Shown here in pieces: positions 1 through 8,073 of a stretch of 64,000 nt of DNA. The position numbers were made by a program, and so were the translations under genes. The stretch comes from an archaeon (GTDB lineage: Archaea > Nanobdellota > Nanobdellia > Woesearchaeales > SM23-78): contig JAZDMG010000007.1 in assembly GCA_043801165.1 (NCBI GenBank), forward strand, positions 6,155 through 70,154, in the 5' to 3' direction. Under the pieces are notes generated by a model. That model saw only the letters and a program-made list of their open reading frames with translations. It had not been told where the DNA came from and made no database searches. Position 1 is the first letter of the stretch. Every line of letters starts with the position of its first letter.

Positions 1-4
1 GCTG

Positions 5-262
5 ATGGAAGCCCTGGCGCTGCTCAATGGGATAAAAACAAAAGGGGAGGGAGCGCACCAGGAGCTCATAGACTACACAGCAAAAAAGGAAAAGCTAGAC
101 GAACAGAACAGGCAGCTCATGCAGCAGATGAGGGAATACAGGAACAGGATAAGCTATGAAGGATTCAACATAAACAAGAACTACATACAGCTAAACGAAC
201 AGAAGATGCAGGGAATAATACGGAAATTAAAAAAGACAATAGAAGAAAAAACAAGAAGCTGA
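5..262 (+). CDS. C-terminal fragment of a coiled-coil protein (gene continues upstream of the window)
   Basis: Frame is open from base 2 to the stop at 260-262. K/E/Q-rich heptad-like sequence with no recognisable domain. Confidence 0.3.
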   Translation: MEALALLNGIKTKGEGAHQELIDYTAKKEKLDEQNRQLMQQMREYRNRISYEGFNINKNYIQLNEQKMQGIIRKLKKTIEEKTRS

Positions 263-319
263 TTCTCATCCTCCCTCGGGCAGGAGAGCATGAAGAAAAA
301 GAAACTGAGGAAAGAACTC

Positions 320-344
320 TCATAATCACTCCGCAGTGACAAAA
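320..344 (+). repeat. Direct repeat copy 1 (tcataatcactccgcagtgacaaaa)
   Basis: 25 bp identical to 1643-1667. Four more bases match after a 1-nt indel. Lies just downstream of the stop of the minus-strand ATPase gene. Confidence 0.85.
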
Positions 345-357
345 CAACCTCATCAGA

Positions 358-1569
358 TTATTGCTGTTTAAGAAATTCTATTAATGGCATCATGTTTTCT
401 TTTTTTAGTGATTTTGATATTATCAGCTTAGTGAATCCTTTGTGTTTTCTGCTAAATTCTTCTAGTCCTTTTATTTCTCTCTCATTGATGTTGTCTGTGG
501 CCGTTACGTTTATGGCTGTCTTTCCGATAATGAAGTCTACTTCTGATGCTGATTCTCCCCAATAGCTTATTTCTTGATTACTCAAGGCTAACTTGATCAG
601 CACAGCGTTCTCGAACTTCTGTCCTTCATTGCTTGAATAATTATCATTTACGATGCTTACAAATCCGGAGTCTGAGCAGTACAATTTTGGCAGTTTTGAA
701 ACATCGTGCCTGATTTTTGCTGAGAACGAAAAATAAGTCACTTCAACCAATAGATAAGAATCGATCATGTAATTAATGTATGTTTGAAGGGTGTCTTTTG
801 CCATTCCAAATACCTTTGATAATTTGTTTATGCTTACCTTTGATCCTGATGTTGAGACGAGATATCTTGCCAGGTCTATTAGCTGTTTGGTGTTTCTTAT
901 CGAGTATCTGTTGATGATATCCTTGTTTACTATGTCTTCGAAGTATTGCTGCAGGATTATTGTTTTTTTTTCTTCTGATTTTTCAAGGGTGACTTCCGGG
1001 AATCCCCCGTATCTCATGTATTCTTCCAGGCTTTTATGCTTGGTGAAATAAGTGAATTCTTGGAATGAGAGCGGCATTATGGTGAATGATATGTTCCGTC
1101 CGGTCAATAGGGTTGATAATTCTTTTGATAATAATGATGCTGATGAGCCTGATATGGTGAATTTTATGTTCTCCCCCAGGTCGTATTTTGTCCTAACCCA
1201 TTTCTCCCAGGAGGGTATTTTTTGGGCTTCATCTATGAAAAAATATGTTTTTCCCTTGTTTTTTGAGTATCCTTTGTATGCCTCTAGTATTTCATCGAAT
1301 AGCTCTATTTTAAGGTTGTCTGCGAAGCTGTAATCCTCTAGGTTGACGTATAATATCTGTTTTTTGCTTATACCTGCTTTTATCAGCTCATGGATCAGCT
1401 GTTTTATGATTGTTGATTTGCCGCCTCTTCGTATTCCCTTTAATACTATTATCTCTTTGCGTTCAAGGAACGGGAATATCTTCTTGATGTATGATTCTCT
1501 TATTATCCCTGAGTCTATGTCTTTTTCCCAAGGATTCCATTTAGCTAATATTTTGATTATATCTTCCAT
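358..1569 (-). CDS. AAA+ ATPase of the COG1373 type (AAA_14-like N-domain, DUF4143-like C-domain)
   Basis: 403-aa ORF with Walker A GIRRGGKST and Walker B-like YFFIDEAQ. Domain order is typical of the archaeal/bacterial COG1373 family. Exact TTTATAAA box lies 26 nt upstream of the ATG. Clearly more AT-rich than neighbouring genes. Confidence 0.8.
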   Translation of the reverse strand: MEDIIKILAKWNPWEKDIDSGIIRESYIKKIFPFLERKEIIVLKGIRRGGKSTIIKQLIHELIKAGISKKQILYVNLEDYSFADNLKIELFDEILEAYKGYSKNKGKTYFFIDEAQKIPSWEKWVRTKYDLGENIKFTISGSSASLLSKELSTLLTGRNISFTIMPLSFQEFTYFTKHKSLEEYMRYGGFPEVTLEKSEEKKTIILQQYFEDIVNKDIINRYSIRNTKQLIDLARYLVSTSGSKVSINKLSKVFGMAKDTLQTYINYMIDSYLLVEVTYFSFSAKIRHDVSKLPKLYCSDSGFVSIVNDNYSSNEGQKFENAVLIKLALSNQEISYWGESASEVDFIIGKTAINVTATDNINEREIKGLEEFSRKHKGFTKLIISKSLKKENMMPLIEFLKQQ

Positions 1570-1591
1570 AAATAAGAGGGGTATTTGCTAG

Positions 1592-1599
1592 TTTATAAA
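1592..1599 (-). promoter_or_regulatory. TATA box (TTTATAAA) for the leaderless ATPase transcript
   Basis: Exact TTTATAAA centred ~26 nt upstream of the ATG at 1569 (minus strand). No SD sequence in between. Confidence 0.5.
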
Positions 1600-1642
1600 G
1601 GTTTCCAATACGTTGGAAACATAGGTAGTTTATCATGTATTT

Positions 1643-1667
1643 TCATAATCACTCCGCAGTGACAAAA
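1643..1667 (+). repeat. Direct repeat copy 2 (tcataatcactccgcagtgacaaaa)
   Basis: Identical to 320-344. Lies between the ATPase promoter and the left end of the IS element. Confidence 0.85.
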
Positions 1668-1700
1668 AACCGAAAGATTTATATATCAGCTAATGAACAA

Positions 1701-2667
1701 AAGTGTGTTATCCCAAAAGTATTTCCCTACGGTAGGTTTGTTGAGTGTATGAAATTCACTCAAAAAACATTATTAGAGACTGTCAGATGCAAGAATAATG
1801 GCTGGACGACCTATCAGGCGAGAAAAATAGCTCATGTTGGTGTTAGGCGTGTTAATCAATTAATGACTGTTTATCAAGAAACAGGCAGTCTTCCCGTGCT
1901 CGGGAAGAACATGGGCAGGCCTCATAAGCCCTTGAAAGAACGGGAGATCATAATTGTTAATGAGGCTTACGAGAAATACAGAGTGTCCGCTGACACTCTG
2001 GAAAGGATTATCATGAGGGATTATCAATTGCATATCCCTCATAACAGGATTCACAAAATCCTGTTGATTTTAGGCTTTGCCAAGCCTAAAGGCAAGAAGT
2101 GTATAAGAAAATTGGATTGGATAAGATATGAGCGAAGGCACAGCTTAACAGCTGTTCATATTGACTGGCATCATCGGCCAAATGATGGATTATGGGTTTT
2201 TGCAGTAATAGATGATGCCAGCAGAAAAATATTGGCCCTTATTGAGTGCGATAGCCCGACGACAGAGGCAAGCATTCATGGAATGGAGCTTGCATTGCAA
2301 TATGGCAAGATTAAGCAGTGCATTAGCGATCATGGAAGCCAATTCACAACTAACCTTGACGGTGACAGCCAATTCAAGAATTGGCTGGAAAAGCATGATA
2401 TTCAGCAAATACTTTGCCGAGTTAAGCATCCTCAGAGCAATGGCAAGGTAGAGAAATGGTTTGACACTTATGAGCGCCACAGAGATGCTTTTGACAGCAT
2501 CAATAAATTCCTGGAATGGTATAATGAGGTAAGACCTCACAGAAGCCTCAATTTTGACGAGCTTGAGACGCCACAACAAGCATTCATACGCAAAATGCGA
2601 GCGGAGGCTATATAAACATGAAACGAATCCGAGCATCGAAGGGAAATAGTTTCAGGATAACACAGTT
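1701..2667 (+). mobile_element. IS481-like insertion sequence (~970 bp, single rve/DDE transposase)
   Basis: 31-bp imperfect terminal inverted repeats: 1701-1731 versus the reverse complement of 2637-2667, 26/31 matches, core TGTGTTATCC. They enclose one integrase-core transposase ORF. No target-site duplication visible. Confidence 0.7.
1749..2615 (+). CDS. DDE transposase, integrase-core (rve) family, IS481-like
   Basis: N-terminal HTH followed by rve motifs: HIDWH...VIDDASRK...SDHGSQFT...HPQSNGKVEKW...YNEVRPHRSL. The ORF is open from 1635, but the ATG at 1749 is the first start inside the left IR. Confidence 0.85.
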   Translation: MKFTQKTLLETVRCKNNGWTTYQARKIAHVGVRRVNQLMTVYQETGSLPVLGKNMGRPHKPLKEREIIIVNEAYEKYRVSADTLERIIMRDYQLHIPHNRIHKILLILGFAKPKGKKCIRKLDWIRYERRHSLTAVHIDWHHRPNDGLWVFAVIDDASRKILALIECDSPTTEASIHGMELALQYGKIKQCISDHGSQFTTNLDGDSQFKNWLEKHDIQQILCRVKHPQSNGKVEKWFDTYERHRDAFDSINKFLEWYNEVRPHRSLNFDELETPQQAFIRKMRAEAI

Positions 2668-2685
2668 CGCCTGAAAACCGCAATA

Positions 2686-2693
2686 TTTATAAA
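2686..2693 (+). promoter_or_regulatory. TATA box (TTTATAAA) for the leaderless arsR-like/cysteine desulfurase transcript
   Basis: Exact TTTATAAA centred ~26 nt upstream of the ATG at 2716. Confidence 0.5.
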
Positions 2694-2715
2694 CTAAAGA
2701 TGAACCTGTTTTCAT

Positions 2716-3015
2716 ATGAACTGCATTTCATATGAAGACTTCTTTGGGAACTTCTCGAGCAGGACCAAGCTCAGGATAATCATGAGCCTGAGGAAGAAGG
2801 CGCTAAGCGTATCAGAGCTATCAAAGCTGCTGGGTGAAGAGCAGAGCAAGATATCGCATAGCCTCAAGAAGCTGGCCCGCTGCAACATACTGCTGGTGAA
2901 GCAGGACGGCAAGAAAAGGATCTATTCTCTGAACAAGGAAACGGTGATGCCTATGCTTTCATTGGTCGACAAGCATGTCAGGGACCACTGCGACAGGAGG
3001 TGCAAGGAATGCTAG
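2716..3015 (+). CDS. ArsR/SmtB-family winged-helix transcriptional regulator
   Basis: 99 aa. Contains RLRIIMSL...LSVSELSKLLGEEQSKISHSLKKLARCNILLVKQDGKKRIYSLN, the ArsR HTH signature. C-terminal Cys cluster HCDRRCKEC. Confidence 0.8.
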   Translation: MNCISYEDFFGNFSSRTKLRIIMSLRKKALSVSELSKLLGEEQSKISHSLKKLARCNILLVKQDGKKRIYSLNKETVMPMLSLVDKHVRDHCDRRCKEC

Positions 3016-4172
3016 GAATGAAGAAAAAAGATATATACCTTGATAATGCCGCCACGACACAGATGGATGAGAAAGTCATCAAGGCCATGATGCCATACTT
3101 CGACCAGAGGTACGGCAACGCCTCATCCACGCACAGCAAGGGACGAGAGGCAAAGGAGGCGATGGAGAAGGCGAGGAGAACGATCGCGAAATCAATCGGA
3201 GCCAATGCCGAGGAGATAATTTTCACATCAGGAGGGACTGAGGCGAACAACTTCGCGCTCAAGGGCGTGGCTTTCGCCAACAGGAGCAAAGGCAACCACA
3301 TCATCATCACAAAGATAGAGCACGATTGCGTGCTCAACTCATGCAAATGGCTTGAGAAGCAGGGCTTCAAGGTGACATACCTCGATGTCGACAGCGAAGG
3401 CTTTGTCAGCCCAGAGGCGCTTGAGAAAGCCATCACCCCTCAGACAATCATAGTCTCAATCATCCACGGAAATAATGAGATAGGCACCATACAGGACCTG
3501 AAGACATTGGGCGCAGTCTGCAGGAAGAACAACATATACTTCCACACAGACGCATGCCAGAGCTACACCAAGACAGAGCTGGATGTCAAGAAACAGAACC
3601 TTGACCTTGTGACTCTCAACGCGCACAAGATACACGGACCCAAAGGAGTCGGAGCGCTATATATACGCAAAGGCGTCAACCTGCCCGCGTGGCAGCACGG
3701 AGGCGGCCACGAGAGGAACCTGAGGTCAGGCACAGAGAACATCCCAGGGATTATCGGATTCGCAGAGGCAGTGAACATCGCGATGGACTCAAAGCATGTG
3801 AAGAACATGACCAAGCTCCGCGATAAGCTGATCGATGGGATCAAAAAGAACATTCCGGAATCAAAGCTCAACGGTCCGCACGGCGATAAAAGGCTGTGCA
3901 ACAACATCAACTTCGTATTCAATAGGATAGAGGGCGAGGCCATAGGAGGCTATCTTGACCTCAAGGACATAAGCTCCTCGACAGGATCAGCGTGCTCATC
4001 GCACTCGCTTGAGCCGAGCCATGTGCTCCAGGCGCTTGGGCTGAACAAGGGAGATGCCAACGGAAGCCTGAGGCTGAGCCTCAGCAGATTCACGACAGAG
4101 GAAGAGATAGACATTGTCCTGAAAGAGCTGCCGCCGATAATCAAGAAGCTAAGGATTATATCTCCGCTCTAA
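3009..4172 (+). CDS. nifS: Cysteine desulfurase, class V aminotransferase (NifS/IscS family)
   Basis: Motifs YLDNAATT, PLP-lysine context LNAHKIHGPKGVGALY, and catalytic loop SSTGSACSS. SD AGGAGGTG lies 7 nt upstream of the ATG at 3009. The ORF is open from GTG 3000. Confidence 0.9.
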   Translation: MLGMKKKDIYLDNAATTQMDEKVIKAMMPYFDQRYGNASSTHSKGREAKEAMEKARRTIAKSIGANAEEIIFTSGGTEANNFALKGVAFANRSKGNHIIITKIEHDCVLNSCKWLEKQGFKVTYLDVDSEGFVSPEALEKAITPQTIIVSIIHGNNEIGTIQDLKTLGAVCRKNNIYFHTDACQSYTKTELDVKKQNLDLVTLNAHKIHGPKGVGALYIRKGVNLPAWQHGGGHERNLRSGTENIPGIIGFAEAVNIAMDSKHVKNMTKLRDKLIDGIKKNIPESKLNGPHGDKRLCNNINFVFNRIEGEAIGGYLDLKDISSSTGSACSSHSLEPSHVLQALGLNKGDANGSLRLSLSRFTTEEEIDIVLKELPPIIKKLRIISPL

Positions 4173-4187
4173 CTATCAAGCCAAGAA

Positions 4188-4694
4188 TCATTCGCATCGC
4201 TTTTCGAGCCGATAGTTAGTCACAATCCTTGTGGCTTTCTTTTTGTCAGGGAAGATCAGGTAGCTGGCTGAGAACTGCTCTCCGTTGCTGATGTCATATT
4301 CTGACCTGAACTCCTTGCTTTCTCCAGGGGCTATGTCCTGGGAAAGGTTGAAAGACACCTTGCCTTTTTCTGCAGTCTCAAATAATCTTACGACAGTGAA
4401 CTTCCCAGGCAATAAATCTGCGTTCTGCACTTTCAGCACAGCCACGGCCCATTCATCATTGCCATCTTTGACGATGGTATCCCTGCTGTTCTCCACGATC
4501 TGATATTTTAGGTCAGCATCATAGCTCTCGTTCTTTTCATATGAGACATTGACATCTGTGCAGTTGGCGAAGGGATTCAGCTGCTTTATGCTGAAGCCAG
4601 TCGGGGAGGATGAATCCAAGACAACCCAAACAATACCGAGGGCAAGAAACAAGAAGGCTGGGATTATGATAATTGATTTTTTCATATGGTTCAC
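4188..4694 (-). CDS. Hypothetical N-terminally anchored or secreted protein
   Basis: 168 aa with one N-terminal hydrophobic helix (IIIIPAFLFLALGIVWVVL) and an AGGTGA SD before the ATG. No recognisable domain. Confidence 0.5.
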   Translation of the reverse strand: MNHMKKSIIIIPAFLFLALGIVWVVLDSSSPTGFSIKQLNPFANCTDVNVSYEKNESYDADLKYQIVENSRDTIVKDGNDEWAVAVLKVQNADLLPGKFTVVRLFETAEKGKVSFNLSQDIAPGESKEFRSEYDISNGEQFSASYLIFPDKKKATRIVTNYRLEKRCE

Positions 4695-4780
4695 CTAATA
4701 AAGACCTAGGATTTTTTTCTTATTTAAAAATAATTCCATTATCATTGTAGTCTCTCAAAAGTAGTGAACTCATCGAAAGA

Positions 4781-4788
4781 TTTATAAA
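4781..4788 (+). promoter_or_regulatory. TATA box (TTTATAAA) for the leaderless nucleotidyltransferase transcript
   Basis: Exact TTTATAAA centred ~26 nt upstream of the ATG at 4811. Confidence 0.5.
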
Positions 4789-4810
4789 TGAACATATTTA
4801 CTCAGGATGC

Positions 4811-6187
4811 ATGATGCCAGAAATAACAGGAGTGCAAACATCCGCAGGAAGAGGAACCCGATTCAGGCCGTTGAACCTATATTCACCCACATCCATGATT
4901 CCAAAAGGGATGATGCGAATAATGGGCATCCCGATAGCAGAGCTGCAGATAGAACAGCTCAAGACATGCGGCGTCAAAGACATCTATATAATAACCCAGT
5001 TCCACGAAAACAAAGAGTATATCTCATTAAGGTTCAGCGACGGGAAGAAAAGATTCGGGCTAAACATACATTATTCTGACACCATCGCCGACCGCACCAA
5101 CAACGGGAGCGGTGATGCCATTCTCACTAACATTGAGAAGAAAAAACTCACAGGCAACAGCATAATCCTCCCGAATGACAACCTGTTTGAGTTTGATCTT
5201 GAGCACGTAATAAATGCCCATAATAAATCTGGCGCAGTCATCTCAATGCTCACAACAACAATCAGGCCGAGAGAAACAATAAAGACATACGGCCTGATAA
5301 AAACAGACCTATCGCACAGAGTAACTCAACTCAACGAGAAACCAGAAAATGAGCGAGAGCTGATGAGAGCACTAGGAATCAGCAATCCAACGCAACTCGA
5401 TTCCATAAGAGCAATTATTAACACCGCAGGCTACATAATCGACAATGACCGATTTAGAGAGATTGCTAAAGAGCCATGGGTGGTCGAAGGAAGAAAGAAA
5501 TCGAGCGGGGAGTTCGACATGGCAGGAAAATTCGTCGCAGGAATGATTGAAAGGAAATATCCTGTGTTTTCGATACCAATAAACGCATGGGGTGATTTCG
5601 GATCAACAAATTTCTTCCTGGACACATTCCCCGATGCGCTAAGCGGAAAATTCCCATCAATCCACTGCGTTCTAGAGAATCAGGGGTATTACCATGACAG
5701 CAAAAAAAACATCTGGATTCATCCAGAGAGCTTGAGAATGGAAGATATATCAGGCATGACCCTCAAAGAAAGGATGAATGCCGGAAAAGTAAAAATAGGC
5801 CCTAATGTGTTCATAGGCAGACAGGTCACCATTGAAGAAGGAGCAGAAATCAGCTATTCTGACATAGAAAAGAATTCTTTCATAGGCGAAGGAGCTCAAA
5901 TAGAGCGAGCCTATCTCTCGCCTTTCTGCGAGATATGGCCATTCACAGAGATGAGAGAATGCGCATTAGGACAAAACGTCATAGTTGAATCATCAAGGGA
6001 AAAAAGAACATATGTAGATGGCAGGTCGGTAGTTGGATCCCAGATAATAATTCCTGCAGGATCGCACCTGATTGGGGCTATGGTCTACCCAGGATATGTT
6101 TTTAAAAAAGAAGCTGATGTAACCAACAAAAAACTTATTCCGACACAAAAAGATATAATGACTTTAGTCAAGCAATACCAAAAATAA
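4811..6187 (+). CDS. Sugar-phosphate nucleotidyltransferase with C-terminal left-handed beta-helix-like region
   Basis: N-terminal GxGTRxxPL signature (SAGRGTRFRPLN). C-terminal hexapeptide-like I/V-G repeats (IGPNVFIGRQVTIEEGAEI...IGEGAQIE). Substrate not assignable. Confidence 0.7.
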   Translation: MMPEITGVQTSAGRGTRFRPLNLYSPTSMIPKGMMRIMGIPIAELQIEQLKTCGVKDIYIITQFHENKEYISLRFSDGKKRFGLNIHYSDTIADRTNNGSGDAILTNIEKKKLTGNSIILPNDNLFEFDLEHVINAHNKSGAVISMLTTTIRPRETIKTYGLIKTDLSHRVTQLNEKPENERELMRALGISNPTQLDSIRAIINTAGYIIDNDRFREIAKEPWVVEGRKKSSGEFDMAGKFVAGMIERKYPVFSIPINAWGDFGSTNFFLDTFPDALSGKFPSIHCVLENQGYYHDSKKNIWIHPESLRMEDISGMTLKERMNAGKVKIGPNVFIGRQVTIEEGAEISYSDIEKNSFIGEGAQIERAYLSPFCEIWPFTEMRECALGQNVIVESSREKRTYVDGRSVVGSQIIIPAGSHLIGAMVYPGYVFKKEADVTNKKLIPTQKDIMTLVKQYQK

Positions 6188-6204
6188 GCATAAACTAGAA
6201 TAAG

Positions 6205-6867
6205 TTATCTCATCTTCTCAACGATATCATTGAACACCTTCTCTATCGGCTGCTCGCCGTTAATCCGCAAAAGGACACCTTTGTTCTCATAGAACTTGAT
6301 GACCGGCTCCGTCAAATGATGATAGTCATTGAGCCGCTTCCTGGCAGCCTCTGGCCGGTCATCCTCTCTCATGACAAGCTTTCCTCCGCATTTGTCGCAG
6401 ATGCCTTCTTTCTTAGGCTTGATATATATTGTGTTAAAGCTTGCCTTGCATTGAGAACATATCCTGCGCGAGGTTATCCTGCGGACAGCCTCCTCGTCAC
6501 CGATGTCTACAAGTATGCTCCTGCCTATCTTCTTCTGCTTCTCAAGCAGATCTGCCTGGGCGATGGTCCTAGGATAGCCGTCAAGGACAAATCCATTTAC
6601 AACATCAGGCCTCTTGAAGCGCTCTGCGAGGATATCATTGACTATGCTGTCAGGAACTAATTGCCCTGAGTTCATGAACTCCTTGAGCTTTTTCCCAAGC
6701 GGGGAATCGCTGGTTGCCATCTCCCTGAACATGTCGCCGGTGGATATGTGAGGCACAGCCAACTTTTTAGATAGAAGCTCTGCCTGGGTGCCTTTGCCGC
6801 TTGCCTGGACTCCCAGGATGACAATGTTAAGGTTTTTTGCAGCCAAATCAATCACATCCTCATCCAT
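6205..6867 (-). CDS. adk: Adenylate kinase, long form with zinc-ribbon lid
   Basis: P-loop GVQASGKGTQ, motif HISTGDMFRE, and lid CSQC...CDKCGG...REDDRPE. Confidence 0.9.
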   Translation of the reverse strand: MDEDVIDLAAKNLNIVILGVQASGKGTQAELLSKKLAVPHISTGDMFREMATSDSPLGKKLKEFMNSGQLVPDSIVNDILAERFKRPDVVNGFVLDGYPRTIAQADLLEKQKKIGRSILVDIGDEEAVRRITSRRICSQCKASFNTIYIKPKKEGICDKCGGKLVMREDDRPEAARKRLNDYHHLTEPVIKFYENKGVLLRINGEQPIEKVFNDIVEKMR

Positions 6868-6879
6868 GCACTCATCGAA

Positions 6880-7377
6880 TCATCCAAAGTAGCCGAACTC
6901 CTCTTTTGGCCCGATCTCTTTACCCCAGGCTTCCTTTGTCTTCTGGAGCACCCTGAGGAAGTCTGATTTCATTATCTTCCAATCTTTCCAGAACTTATTT
7001 ATCAGCTGGGCAGCTGTTTCGTCAGAATAGTCAAGATCTCGGATCAGGAACTCTTTGTGGTACACTAAAAATCTCCTGAAAAGGTTATAGATGCCTTTCT
7101 TCTCCTCGTCGGTGAAGGCCTCGGCCTCATGCATGTCGGCTATGTGGCTCTCTGGCTGGATCAAATCGCCCAATATCTTCAGCCCTTGCTCTATACGCTC
7201 CTTCATCTTGTCAAGTATGGTCCTGAGCGGGAAGTTCACCGGCTCCAGCGTACCTATGCAGAACTCCTTGTCAAGCTCGTTCAGCTCTGGAAGGGAGTAT
7301 TTCTGCCTTATGGCCGCGTACTCCTTGATCATATCTCGCTCGGGTTTAGCTCCTGTTTCTTTTTTTTGGTCAATCAT
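6880..7377 (-). CDS. Hypothetical helical protein, co-oriented with adk
   Basis: 165-aa ORF ending 12 nt before the adk start. No recognisable domain. Confidence 0.45.
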   Translation of the reverse strand: MIDQKKETGAKPERDMIKEYAAIRQKYSLPELNELDKEFCIGTLEPVNFPLRTILDKMKERIEQGLKILGDLIQPESHIADMHEAEAFTDEEKKGIYNLFRRFLVYHKEFLIRDLDYSDETAAQLINKFWKDWKIMKSDFLRVLQKTKEAWGKEIGPKEEFGYFG

Positions 7378-7621
7378 TTTGATTTGATGTTTCGTTGCCG
7401 CCTTTTAATGTTTTTCTTTTCAGACCTGCTGCGCCCGCACCTCATCCCATGGTTCGCCTCCAGATATGGCTGAATAGTAAGATTTAAATACTAGTTAATG
7501 TCATACATAGTGAACACTATACAATTACGTATACTGATATCAGCTGTTCAACGGAAGAAGAACACAAGAAAACAACAAGAAAAATACTCTTGCAATACAA
7601 GCGTCATACAGAGGTTTTGAT

Positions 7622-7810
7622 TTGGCCAGGACTGAGGTGCTCAACGTCAGGATACCGGACGAGCTAATTCTAGAATTAGACTCCCTTGTGAAGAAACGCA
7701 TCTTCAAATCACGCTCAGAAGCTATACGAGAATTCGCCAGAGAATACGTGCAGCAACAGATGCACGTGGAAAACGCCAAAGTATCTGAACGGGGAGGGGG
7801 AAGATGGTAG
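7622..7810 (+). CDS. Ribbon-helix-helix (CopG-like) DNA-binding protein
   Basis: 62 aa with a TTG start after an AGAGG SD. VLNVRIPDELILELDSLV...SRSEAIREFAREY is the classic RHH beta-alpha-alpha pattern. Confidence 0.65.
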   Translation: MARTEVLNVRIPDELILELDSLVKKRIFKSRSEAIREFAREYVQQQMHVENAKVSERGGGRW

Positions 7811-8073
7811 ACGCTGTAGTGAGCGTGAGGATGCCATCCTCCCTTGTTCAGAGACTTAAACAGCTTTCAAAGGACAACCATTTCTTAGATGTGAGCGAGG
7901 AGATCAGGAGCCTGGTCAAATCAAAAATACGGACATACAAACTGCAGGCAGGAGAATCTGTCTCCGAAGAGCCACAGGCAAAAAAGAAAGATGATTTCAA
8001 GACAGAGAATGTTGTCAAGGAAGAGCTGGTCAAGCGGCTCAAGCAGATGATAAAGGAACTGGAGCATGACTAA
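7804..8073 (+). CDS. Second RHH-like small protein with acidic tail
   Basis: 89 aa; overlaps the upstream gene by 7 nt. VSVRMPSSLVQRLKQLSK...SEEIRSLVK is RHH-like. Confidence 0.5.
   Translation: MVDAVVSVRMPSSLVQRLKQLSKDNHFLDVSEEIRSLVKSKIRTYKLQAGESVSEEPQAKKKDDFKTENVVKEELVKRLKQMIKELEHD

Noticed and set aside
4807-5079. 90-aa + strand ORF overlapping the start of the nucleotidyltransferase gene in another frame
   Set aside because: The frame starting at 4811 carries the GxGTRxxPL nucleotidyltransferase signature and continues for 458 aa. The alternative frame is Arg-rich with no signature.
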